The notes beneath the pieces were generated by a model. The model did not search any database, was not told where the DNA came from, and saw only the letters and a program-made list of their open reading frames with translations. This document shows, piece by piece, positions 53,456-64,000 of a DNA stretch of 64,000 nt (its first letter is position 1; each line of letters begins with the position of its first letter). A program made the position numbers and the translations under genes. Source of the stretch: Tubiluchus corallicola (lineage: Eukaryota; Animalia; Priapulida). The stretch lies in contig JAQGDQ010000129.1 in NCBI GenBank assembly GCA_030141605.1, forward strand, positions 380,781 to 444,780, given 5' to 3'.

Positions 53456-54294
53456 GAACAGAGACGAACAAGAATGAGAACCTTCTTGAGTGGAGACAAT
53501 TGCTGTTTAATTAGGAAACTCCCTCACTCTCTTCTGAGACGTGACTTCTGGTTGGCATGGTGTCATTTCCCAGTTCCATCTTTGGTAACATATAATCAGT
53601 CGGAAATCCTGCTCTACTATATAATTATATATAGTTGGAAAGTGACTCATCACTTTTGAAATTTACAGCAGTTTAGTTTTTGATCTCTCGTTTCACTGAC
53701 CTTTAGATGACAAATATAACTCTCAAAATAAATAATGCAATTCAACTTGTCTTGTTGTGACCTTTCATTTGATTCAGTTTAGCTCCAAACATCACAAAAT
53801 TATAATAATAGATAATAGGTATTACCGACGCCATTGTTTTAACCTAATCGTCGCAAAGCAACATCCGAGTTGTCATGTAGTGTATCAGAAGCATGTAGTC
53901 TGAAAAGACAAGAAATGATAGGCATAGCTAGCAAATGGATATACGACTCGGAAGTTCATAGTCAAAGGAGGCTACATTTACACCCCAAAACAATAATACA
54001 TGAACACATGAAGAGTGCAAATAAAAAACTACCCTAACAAGTTATGATCCAAAACTTTCATTCTGATACAAGAATATGTTACCATTTCAGAAACCACTGC
54101 AAGTATCTAAACAAATTCACTCTACACTAATAATTTACTACATTCAGACAGAACATTATTTTTCAATTAAAAACTAATACTAGTACTTTTTATCACATCT
54201 TTAAAATTAGTACAAAATTGCACCAACTTCAAATGTTTCGAATCCAATGGAAACTTAACGTAACAGTCAGCACAATTTTACTAATTTCTCATGG

Positions 54295-57200
54295 TCACAT
54301 CTTAACTTTCGCATAAATTATGAGTGATTTACTTGGAAGCGGAGTATTGTCATACACAGAAAAACCTTCTGAAATGCTGTGAAAACAAGACAAACTGTTA
54401 ACATTTCTATCATTGTCCGGTACACCAAGTTTAGTCAATAACTGATGTGATAAATTTGGAGTAATAGGTTGAAGTAGTAAGCCACACACACGTAAACTTT
54501 CCATGGCAATATGAAGAACTGTATTCAAGTGAGGCACATCTCTTATATCCTTGGTCAAAGTCCATGGCTTTTGGTTTTGTACAAAAGCATTAGTTGCACG
54601 TAAGCAAGACATTATCTCATCAAGTCCCTTGTAGAAATTATATTCGCTATAGTGGTCCGAAACAGTTTCTGAAATAACATCAAAATAATTACAATCAACA
54701 TGAATTGTTTGTTTTCCATTATGGTGTGCATTAGTAACCATAATAATGACAATTGTAGCAATTATGAAAATCCTTAATTTGCATTTTACTGATTAAATAA
54801 AGTACAAATTCATATACATAAAGTGGCATATCAGTTATACGTGGAGCATCGCACAATGCATTAAAATACTTTTTTAAAGAAACGACCCCACAATTATTTC
54901 AATTTTATTTCATTAGGTCCATATTAACATTGTGGTCGTACTCTTTCCCTGCTGAGTTGGCTGCACTAAGTGAAAAACTTTCAGTTAATTACTTTAGCAC
55001 ACATATATGCATAAATATTTCTCATAATTTATATTTGCTATGAAAGCAGAAGTTTGTCACTGAACAAAAATTGCTCATACTTTTCAAATTATTAGTGACG
55101 TGTCTGTAATGATCAATACCATGAATTTTAGCTGACTGTCAGCTAAAATCCATGATATTTGTCTATCAAACAGTAAAACAATGAATGAGTGCATTGTAGG
55201 TAATCGCTCAACACAATTCCTTTTCCCAGCTTTTATAATATCTGCTTTAAGAAGATATTACAGCGCAAAGTCATCAGCATCAAAACTGTAGTTAAGTGAT
55301 GCGTCAAACAAACATCGACCTGTAAAAGCACTGAATGGTAGTTTTTCAAAAGACGGTTGTTTTTAATGCTAACACACGGGACGACAAAACACCATCAACA
55401 GAAGCACCCGGTACTTGCAAACAATATATTAGGAAGCAAAAATCAATAAGCTTGCCAGAAATTGATCTAAGGTATTAATCTGAACTGACAGTACGTGCCT
55501 GCTAAATGGCTGATGAGATCCACTAAGTTTTTTCCTTCCATACCACACTGGTTAGTAAATGCTTCGAAGCATAATGGAGGAAAAACACGTGCAGGATTTA
55601 CAGCCACAGACGTACAACGATTAAGTAGATTTCCTAAAGTGTCTGCCAGTTCAGCATTCAGCATTTTTACGATCTTCTCTGTGTTATAATCTGAAAAAAT
55701 GGAATCATGCAACACTCACAAGATTCTGCTAAACATGAGATTATAATGTGCATTCTAAGTACGTATTATTACAGAATTATTAAAATAATTATCCAAGACA
55801 ATTTATACAGGCACTTCAAGGTATTTATTATTAAAACAACACAATTTTTATTAAAAACTTTAATGCACAAATGTTTGGACATACTTCTAAACAGTTGTTA
55901 ATTAAAGTTTTTAAATAAAAGTTGTGTTGTCTTAATAATATAATTATTGCACGATAATTATAGCATGCCTCTATTTCAATCACAAATAATAATTGTAAAG
56001 CAAACAATTATAAAGTATAGAACCAATGCATTTATGTCACACAAATAAATCCTAACAATGGATTGCCAAAAAGCAGAACAATTAAAGCACAGTAAATGCC
56101 TAGTGATGTAGTCAATCTAAATAAATTAACATGTTAAACCTTTAGGCTCTGCTGTCTGTTCTTATAAATAGGAAATAATATTTTGAAATGTTAAGAACTT
56201 GTTGCTATATTGCTCTACAGTTCCACCACACAAAGTCAGGATATCTTTTTATATTAATGAAATGCCTACTCACCATAACTTTCTCACTTTTTCGTGAGAA
56301 AACTGCTCAAAAAAATTGCTGCAACAACAGGTATACAGTGCTAAACTCTGTACAGTGAATTGGAAGCAGCAGCTCTAACTTAACAGTTTAACGCTTCTGA
56401 AAATTAATTGCAGCTTAACGATCTTTTGACTAATTAACTAAGGCAAACCCTAAAATTTTATTGCAGAAGGTTCTGTCATATGTCCAAAGAGTCATTAGCC
56501 TGAGTTTCATGTCAATCTGATGACTCGTTGTAGAAACACGAGAGACAGATTAATTGCTAAGAATTAGGAAAGAATTACAAAAGTGGGCTAAGTGAAAACT
56601 AAAACACAGCACTTACTACCATCTGAATGAGGAACACCTTCCCTGAGTAAGAAGTAACGAAAACCATCAACAGAAAAATCATTCATAGCCTTCCATGGAT
56701 CGATAACATTTCCTCTGCTTTTAGACATCTAAATAAGTTAGAAACATTTTATTAGAAATAGGAAAATATGCATTATGTTACGAAAACTTGGTCTAATTTC
56801 TCTAATGTTTTGTGGTTAAACACAATAAAAAGTAATATCATCCTTTCATTGATCAGATAGAGCAAAAGCAAACTATGCAACAAACATTATGCCATTTTTT
56901 AACTGCAGAGCTACTTGTTATATTAACAATATTCATATGATGTTCCCTATTGTAAAATCAAAATAACTTAACTACTTATCAGTTATGAACTATCAACTAA
57001 AAGATATTTTAACTAAATTTGAATAACCTAATTTTTATCCATCAAGGAACAAAAACTGTCTGCAAATACCTTAACACTGTCAACAAGCCAGTGAGAATGA
57101 CACAAAATTTCACCAGGTAAAGACAATCCTGCAGCTAGCAGAAATGCTGGCCAGTATATGGCATGAAACTTGAGAATATCTTTTCCGATAACGTGACAAG

Positions 57201-60200
57201 TAGGAGGCCACATAAAATCAGAACCAGGATATCCAGAAACAGTGAGATAGTTGAAAAGTGCATCTAACCAGACATATATCTGTAAGTTACAAAATAAAAT
57301 AGCAAAAAAGTGCCAGCAAGTAAAAGACTTTCCAAGTAAATATGCAAGGAATATCAAAATAAGTTGAGGAAGACTAAATTCAAATGTAAACAAACAAATC
57401 ACCTGTGTTTCAAAGGCTTTAACATAATTAAGAAAGATGTTTTGCTAGTGAACATGTTATGTGACTTTGACAATAGTTATAACAGTCTGCTTTAGGTTGC
57501 AGATCTTACACTGCATTCAAATAAAAAATGACAAAATGTAATGATGTTCAACAATTTTAGCTAAGAAGCAATCAAAAGAAAAAATGTTTACTGCTGATGT
57601 TGAAAACGCAAATCAAGGATTCAGATGTAATGTTGCACTTTACTCATTATCTATAGTTTGATAAACAATCGATAGCTTCACCCTGCATCCATTTTGTTTT
57701 TCATAAATCAGTACTAAGTTTAAGTCTACATTAAAAAAATAATTTCACACAACTCAACACATGCAACATTATTCATTGTTTACAATGGAAATGACTTACA
57801 GATATACGATAAAAATTTTACTGAAAGTGAACATCCTCGTGAAATTTGACTTGTGCATATAATTGTGAAGCTTTCTAGGTGCGAACTACTATCACTGTAT
57901 CACTGCCACATCACACAATGCATTTGTCAACCAACATAATGCTTTCTGTTAATTGCATAGTAAATTAAATAACACAAAAAAAGCGAAACCTATTCTGTAG
58001 CTATGGCAGAGCTTCAAAACTATTCTGTAGCTCTGCCACGGTGAGCTTCAACATTATTCGTAGTCTTTTAGCCAAAGACTGAAAAAACTTAGAAAATCTT
58101 TAATTTTGTTTATCTCACCAAGAATACAAGAAAAACTAATTATGGTTAGTTAAACTTTTATTTTTTTAAATTTTTATATTAATTTGCAAGCAATGATGCA
58201 AAGCTACTCTACTACATTTACACATGCATACTTACAGTTTGTGTGTGATCCCTAGGCACAGGAATACCCCACTGCAATCTGTTTCTTGGTCTCGAAACTG
58301 AGAGATCCTCTAGTCCTTCCTGTATCCAACCTTTTACCAAATTTTGAAACTTGGCTGGCGTTATCACTAAACACATAAATTTTACTTATGACAAATATAG
58401 ATGTTATTAATAGAATATGTAGTAAAATAAAATTTCTATTGGAAAAATATAATGCACAGTCTAAACAAAGCTTGAATTGATCAGGCTCCCATCCAGACAT
58501 TAGTTTAGCTGTTCTTACTCATGGTATTAACTCTGACAATCAAAAAATATATTGCAAGCACTTCACAATAAATATGTAATACTACTAATCAAAATAAAAC
58601 ACAATGCTGTATATAAATCTTTACCTCCAGCCCGTTCCAACCAGTGCAGCAATGGTTCTCTAAACGCAGATAGTCTAAACATATAATTCTCTTCACTGAT
58701 TGACTGTACGGTACTCCCAGTTTCAATAGACACCTTTTAATCAAAATATTTATTAGAACTGCTGTTTATTTTACATATTGGTACAGCAAACAGTTGACTG
58801 TACTCTCGTAAAATTTTCAGAATGTTTTTTTCAAAACTACACGCATTTCCATTAGACTACACAGCCAATACATTTTCCACCATTTCCTAAAATTCTTAAA
58901 GTTATACAACAGCACGCATTATGGAAAATGATTACATTTATTAAGCTTTGTTAGTCCTGCATTTTACATAACAAGAATTCAGATTGACGTATGAATGTAT
59001 GTTACATTTACTAATTAATTAAAACATTTATTAATTAATTAAAAACCTTTATGGTATCTCCCGAGTTGTCACGATGATCAATTACTTTAGAATCAGGATA
59101 AAAAGCCTCATCAGTCACGCTGTACCAGCCCTTATATTCACCTCTATATATGTACCCTTTTTCAACAAGTCCTTTCTGTAAATAGATTCTGTAAAACTAG
59201 AATTATAAATGGCAGTTTTATTATGTGATGGCCTGTTGCAAGCACGTGTATTTGTGCAAGTACAGTACTTAAATGTCTCACCCTAATTAATACAATATAT
59301 GCACAATCATACAAATATGTATACATATGCACGAGCTGTTCACTTTAAGATCCGTTCTGTAAAAACAAATTTATTAACTGGCTGTCACTTTTAGATACAT
59401 GCATATACTTATTTTTACTATTCACTTTTGTAATCAAGGCAAGCTTTGGTGAGACAACCCTTAAGTTTCAGCCACTTGTCACTGGCTATAGGGCTACAAT
59501 CCTTCAAATTTGCCTAACAAGTCGAATTTCCCCATTGCATCTAACTCCATGTGCTTCCGTTTGTCTAGCTTGTTAACACATTATCTACAAAAACTTTGCT
59601 TAGAAACTTTTTTGAAGCCAACATGACTGTCCATTGTTGTACTTCAGTTATAAAAGGAAATACAAAGTTGAAAAGTCATACGTGTTGTCGTATTCACACA
59701 CTACGTGTTCTTTCTTTTGCAACTTGTTACTGCACATTTAACAAGGATGAATGAACTTACGATCTAAAATTGTAACAGACATATACGCATCTGTCATTTT
59801 CAAAGGACAATATTATGAAACAAAAATTTCTATTCCACAACAATAGAGCCCGTTTTAGCCAAAATCTGCTTCCTATTAACAACAAACGTTTCAGGAACAT
59901 CAGTTTTCCTTCATAAGAAATGCAGCCATATTTAATCTAGTTATAAATATTTCAACTGTTAGTTGTTTCTTATATACCACATTTTTCGTCACCATGATTT
60001 AATTGTTACTAATCTGGGTGCAAATAATGAGCTATATAGAGGTAGAGGATTCCACTGACCTAAACTCTGACTTTGACGTATAATTAATTACATAACAATT
60101 TTAACTTCAGTTATTGCTCTATCATAGTGATCACTCATTAACCCTCCTTACTTGTCCTCTTAAATCCCACTTAACATATTCTATCCTTAGCTCATTCACA

Positions 60201-61632
60201 GTACATTTTTTCTTAATCTTTTATTTTTTACTGAAAATACACTCTTAACAAATTTAACACTCTTTCACAGTGATTTGTGACACAGTGGCATTTTGTGAAC
60301 AAGATCATTTACAGACCAATAGATGAAAATTTTCAGCCTCTGGTGATTGACAATCTTGTTCAAATGCTGTGCAACTATAATGCTACATGTAATGTGTGTT
60401 GTGTTGAAGTAAAAATAAACTTGAACTTGAACTTGACCATTTCATTAAACAGCAATGTTCTATTGTGTTTATAAAAGTTTTTGTTAGCCAACCACATTAG
60501 AAAACTACACAAAAACATATCAGTTCCCAATAATAAACCAATGCATGATATTTTTATGCAGGACAGTTGAAAAAACTACAAACTTACACAACAGCCATTT
60601 TAAACATCATAATATGAATATAAAAAGCATTATAGAAACATATGTATAGGTCCAAACATCTTTAAAACAAAAGCATCCAAAAGTTCCAAAATTTGCATGA
60701 TTTTTTATCAGATAACAAAAACAAACGGTTGGTATGATTTGGTTATGGCATCAACAATCCAAACAAATCCACCCAAACAAAAAGCATATAAATGAATAAT
60801 TCTACCTATAAAATTGACAATAATAAGTACTCACCCAAATTTTCTGCACCACTTCTTTATGCTTTTGCTCAGTGGTCCGCACATAGTGTGTATAGCTAAT
60901 GCCAGCATGATCGAAAAGGTTCTAAAAGTAAAATATTTTATACTCACACAAACCATATATTGGAAGGTTGTCGACAAATTACATAATGCACATCAAGCCA
61001 TTGCAAATTCTGACAGGCAATGTTTATTTTCTGACAATTAATGGTTTTTGTTTTCCAGCAGCATCAAATTTCATCACTTTTGTGTTTTGCTTTTATCAAA
61101 CCTGCCATTTGAACGAAAAGACAGGATACTGGGTGACCCTTTGGTCCCTCTCTGGTCCTAATCCATAATTACATTTATTTAACTTGAAACAACAATATTG
61201 CTGCAAATAAGACTGGAGAAAATAAAATGTTCCGTTTTATGTTCTATGTTTAAATAACATTTAGCAAAATAAATGCTGTTGGAGGGTGTCAATATCAAAC
61301 TCTATGACTAGGTTTATTGTCTTTGTATATTGTGTTATATTATTGTGTATTGCTTCATATCGTATTATATTGTATTGTACTGCATTGTATTCATCAATAA
61401 ACTTATTAATATGAAAACACATCCTTCAAATACTTGTGATTTCAATACTAAATGATATCAAACTGACTCAAAACTACAACCTAACCTTAAAGTATGTGAA
61501 GTAAAATTAGAACAAATTACAAGTTAGTTATAAAGCATCGCTTATGAATTATTACTAAACTTTAAATGCTGCTGAAATATTGTGACAATATCCTTCAGGT
61601 TGCTCGTTAGCTAAGGCAGCTGCTTGCTGAAC
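54295..61632 (-). CDS. MARS2: Methionine--tRNA ligase, mitochondrial, 5'-partial; exons 61561..61632, 60835..60921, 59047..59175, 58625..58733, 58236..58366, 57070..57279, 56617..56728, 55499..55690, 54295..54668
   Basis: Spliced protein: VQQAAA...YVRTTE...[20 protein letters not shown]...[11 protein letters not shown]...[18 protein letters not shown]...[12 protein letters not shown]...[19 protein letters not shown]...[10 protein letters not shown]|[11 protein letters not shown]...RYFLLREG...[14 protein letters not shown]...QKPW...LLQPITP. It carries the class I KMSKS motif and mitochondrial/bacterial-type MetRS signatures. The exons with the HIGH motif lie beyond the window. Confidence 0.94.
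55115..55159. repeat. Near-perfect palindrome/hairpin
   Basis: aataccatgaattttagctgac-t-gtcagctaaaatccatgatatt: 22-bp arms with 2 mismatches. Confidence 0.85.
57985..58065. repeat. Short tandem repeat, about 2.5 copies of a ~32-35 bp unit
   Basis: tattctgtagctatggcagagcttcaaaac / tattctgtagctctgccacggtgagcttcaacat / tattcgtagtc. Confidence 0.65.
59430..59940 (+). mobile_element. Possible highly decayed hAT (Charlie/GTF2IRD2-like) transposase fossil
   Basis: Frameshifted fragments [30 protein letters not shown] and KRFRN occur in the order of VRWLS / LAF..HLNELN..VTDMY..FK / RF in that family. Weak. Confidence 0.3.
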
Positions 61633-62039
61633 CTAGAAAAAAGTAAAAATATCAATCAAAAGAAATTTATTTAAATTACTAAAAGAATTGATACACAGAC
61701 AGAAACAAAGATGTATAACAAATTCCTAGCTCAAATGTTTAACTTTAAACATAATAAACCAAGATTTAACAATTTTTGGGGCCAGAAAGCTTTCATGCCT
61801 TACCACTAGTGCACATAAATGTATTACCATGGTGCATTATCAAACACTCGTGATTATCACATACAATATTACAGGAACTTAAAATACAAATAGGTAACAA
61901 CAATAACAGTGTACACTTATATGCCAACAGATAAAAGCAGTCCATTCACGGAATTGGTCATTGGTCTTTAAGCAGGCTGGAAGTGTTTTCGCTGTTCTCC
62001 AGCAATTATTGTTGCGTAATGTTTTTAAGCAACGAACAA

Positions 62040-63750
62040 TAAACGTCTGCCCAACATTTTGTTTTCTAGCCTCGCCGGTCAACTTTGCATACCACTAGCA
62101 AGCATTTTTGAAATTTCTTTTCAAACACATGCCCTGCCTAGTCATTGGTCGTGTGCCAACAACGCCCCAGTATTTAAGAAAGGTGACCATGCAGACCCCC
62201 TTAATTATCTTCCCATTAACTTGCGTAACTTGCAAGGTGATGGAAATTTGTATTAAAGGCGAACTGTTAGATTATCTGTTATTACATAATTTAATCTCTA
62301 AATCTCAACATAATTTTATGAAAAACGGGTCTATATGAACACGGTTACTTGATTGTGTTAATGATTGGTGTAAAAGTGATAATAAAGGTTCGCAATTAGA
62401 TGTGCTGTATGTTGATTATGCAAAGGCCTTTGATCCTTTGATAGCATTGCTCATTCAAAGCTTTTAACCAAATTCCAGTCTTATGGTGTTTCTGGTAATC
62501 TTTTTGCATGGATCCGGGCATTTTTAAGTAATCGTACCCAAAGAGTTCTCGTAGGTCAAGATTTTTCTCAATATAGCCGTTATTTCTATTATTTCTGTTA
62601 TTTCCCAATCTGTTATTTCTGGAACACCTCAAAGCAGTGTACTTAAACCAATTTTTTTGTTTATTATATTCATTAACTTTGTACCACAAGAATTAGCTGC
62701 TATTACTTGTAGGCTATATGTTGACAATCTGATATTGTATGCCTCTGTTAACGACAACAATTCAAATGCTATTGAAACCTCGTCTGTTTGGTGTGCACAT
62801 TAGCAGCTTTCTATATCTGCTCATAATTGCGCTATGTTCCACTTGGAACGCGGTAAACCTCAATTACAATATATCTTAAATGGAGTTACTTTGCCTGCTA
62901 AAAATTAATATAAAGATCTAGGAATACCTTTCTGTTCAAACTTGTTTTCTAAATATGTTAAAGACCAAGTTGCCAAAGCCTTTTCACTGTTTCTCCATGA
63001 AGAACAAAAATACCCTCATGGCTGCTTACAAAGCCTATGTTATGCCACTACTTAAATATTGTACACCAGTGTGGTCTCCGCATCATATGCAGGACATTGA
63101 TGCTAAAGAGAGAGTTCAGCGACATTTTACATGCAGATTATTTGCCCATTGTCAACTTGGTGTTTTTGACTACGTGGACAGATTGCTTATTTTAGATTCA
63201 CAACCACTCAAAGTCAGAAGGATAATTTTTGATCTTAAGAAGGTTTATAAAATATGCCATAAATTAGTAGATTCGTCATTTGATGATTTCTTTTGTTATG
63301 CTCCTACCCTAAATTTGCGTGGTCACAATAGCAAATTGTTCAAACATTATTCTAGATTAGGTGTATACAAATATTTGTTCGCAAATAGAGTAGTCTGGAA
63401 TGATCTTAATTATGACATAATTAATACATCAAACATTGCCATTTTCAATAGCAGACTAACAAGCTGCAATTTTTAAAGCTACTGCCATTTTAATAATTTT
63501 ACGTAAGCTATTTTTTCTTTATTGTATGTAGTGTATCCCCATTTTAAGTTTCTTTTAAGGTTTTTAGGTTTTAAGTTTTTTTATTTATTGATGAAATTTT
63601 TACTGCTAATGTATTTGATTATAACTGTGATTGTAAATGTATTGCAAATTAGTTTATATTATATTATATGGCTAGCATAAGTGCTATGTGCCTGCTGTCA
63701 TTTTTCTTATAAAAATGTATTTTACAAAAGTAAAAAAAAAGTAAAAAATT
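62040..63750 (+). mobile_element. 5'-truncated, decayed CR1-clade non-LTR retrotransposon (RT region and 3' tail), antisense in a MARS2 intron
   Basis: Frameshifted RT motifs: LASIFEISF...W..A...PVFKKGD..DPLNY.PI, TCKVME, SKSQHNF, DVLYVDYAKAFD, SGTPQSSVL, LYVDNL (degenerate YADD), YKAYVMPLLKYCTPVWSPH, ERVQRHFT, LRGHNSKL, FANRVVWNDL. Several stops and frameshifts. Confidence 0.9.
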
Positions 63751-64000
63751 CTTGCTGCAAACCAATATCTAGCACTCATTAACTTTTATATAACACAACC
63801 TGAATCAAACTGAAATAGACCGGAATAATTCTGAACTCAAGAATAATCCTCTAAAATGAAATACTGTTCAAATCGGCATATTCGTATATGCAAACATCGT
63901 ACAGGAATTAGACAGAAACAGTATAGCAGAGAAGTCCAACAGCAGCAGTGTTTCCAGTGATCACTACTGCATTTACTAAAAAGGTTAGGCACAATATAAT

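Noticed and set aside
57985-58065. Repeat-like array considered as CRISPR
   Set aside because: Eukaryotic intron with contiguous degenerate units, no unique spacers and no cas genes.
62955-63476. 173-aa ORF considered as a standalone gene
   Set aside because: It is the C-terminal part of the broken CR1 ORF2.

Overview
This is AT-rich eukaryotic DNA from an invertebrate bilaterian (the repeat types suggest a lophotrochozoan; this is inference). It is not prokaryotic, so most ORF-track entries are spurious or exon fragments. I could splice five genes by hand. (1) A 2-exon cyclase of the kynurenine formamidase (KynB)/isatin hydrolase family, with a signal peptide and a GPI-type tail (- strand, 1335-2617). 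It lies antisense inside an intron of (2) syntaxin-8 (+ strand, last five exons 3331-7038, 5' end outside the window); the host intron ends in a U12-like branch site. (3) A complete 7-exon netrin (- strand, 14089-41009, 618 aa), tail-to-tail with STX8 as NTN1/STX8 are in human. (4) A complete 5-exon GID4 (- strand, 45655-52486, 206 aa). (5) The 3' nine exons of mitochondrial Met-tRNA synthetase MARS2 (- strand, 54295-61632), with a probable GC-AG intron. The rest is introns and intergenic DNA with a decayed CR1-type LINE, hAT-like fossils, MITEs, tRNA-derived SINE heads, hairpins and microsatellites. No clearly new multi-gene system is evident. The best leads are the nested cell-surface cyclase with a changed metal ligand, the STX8-netrin microsynteny, a tandem splice donor that would make a C-domain-less netrin, and GID4's own N-terminal Pro.
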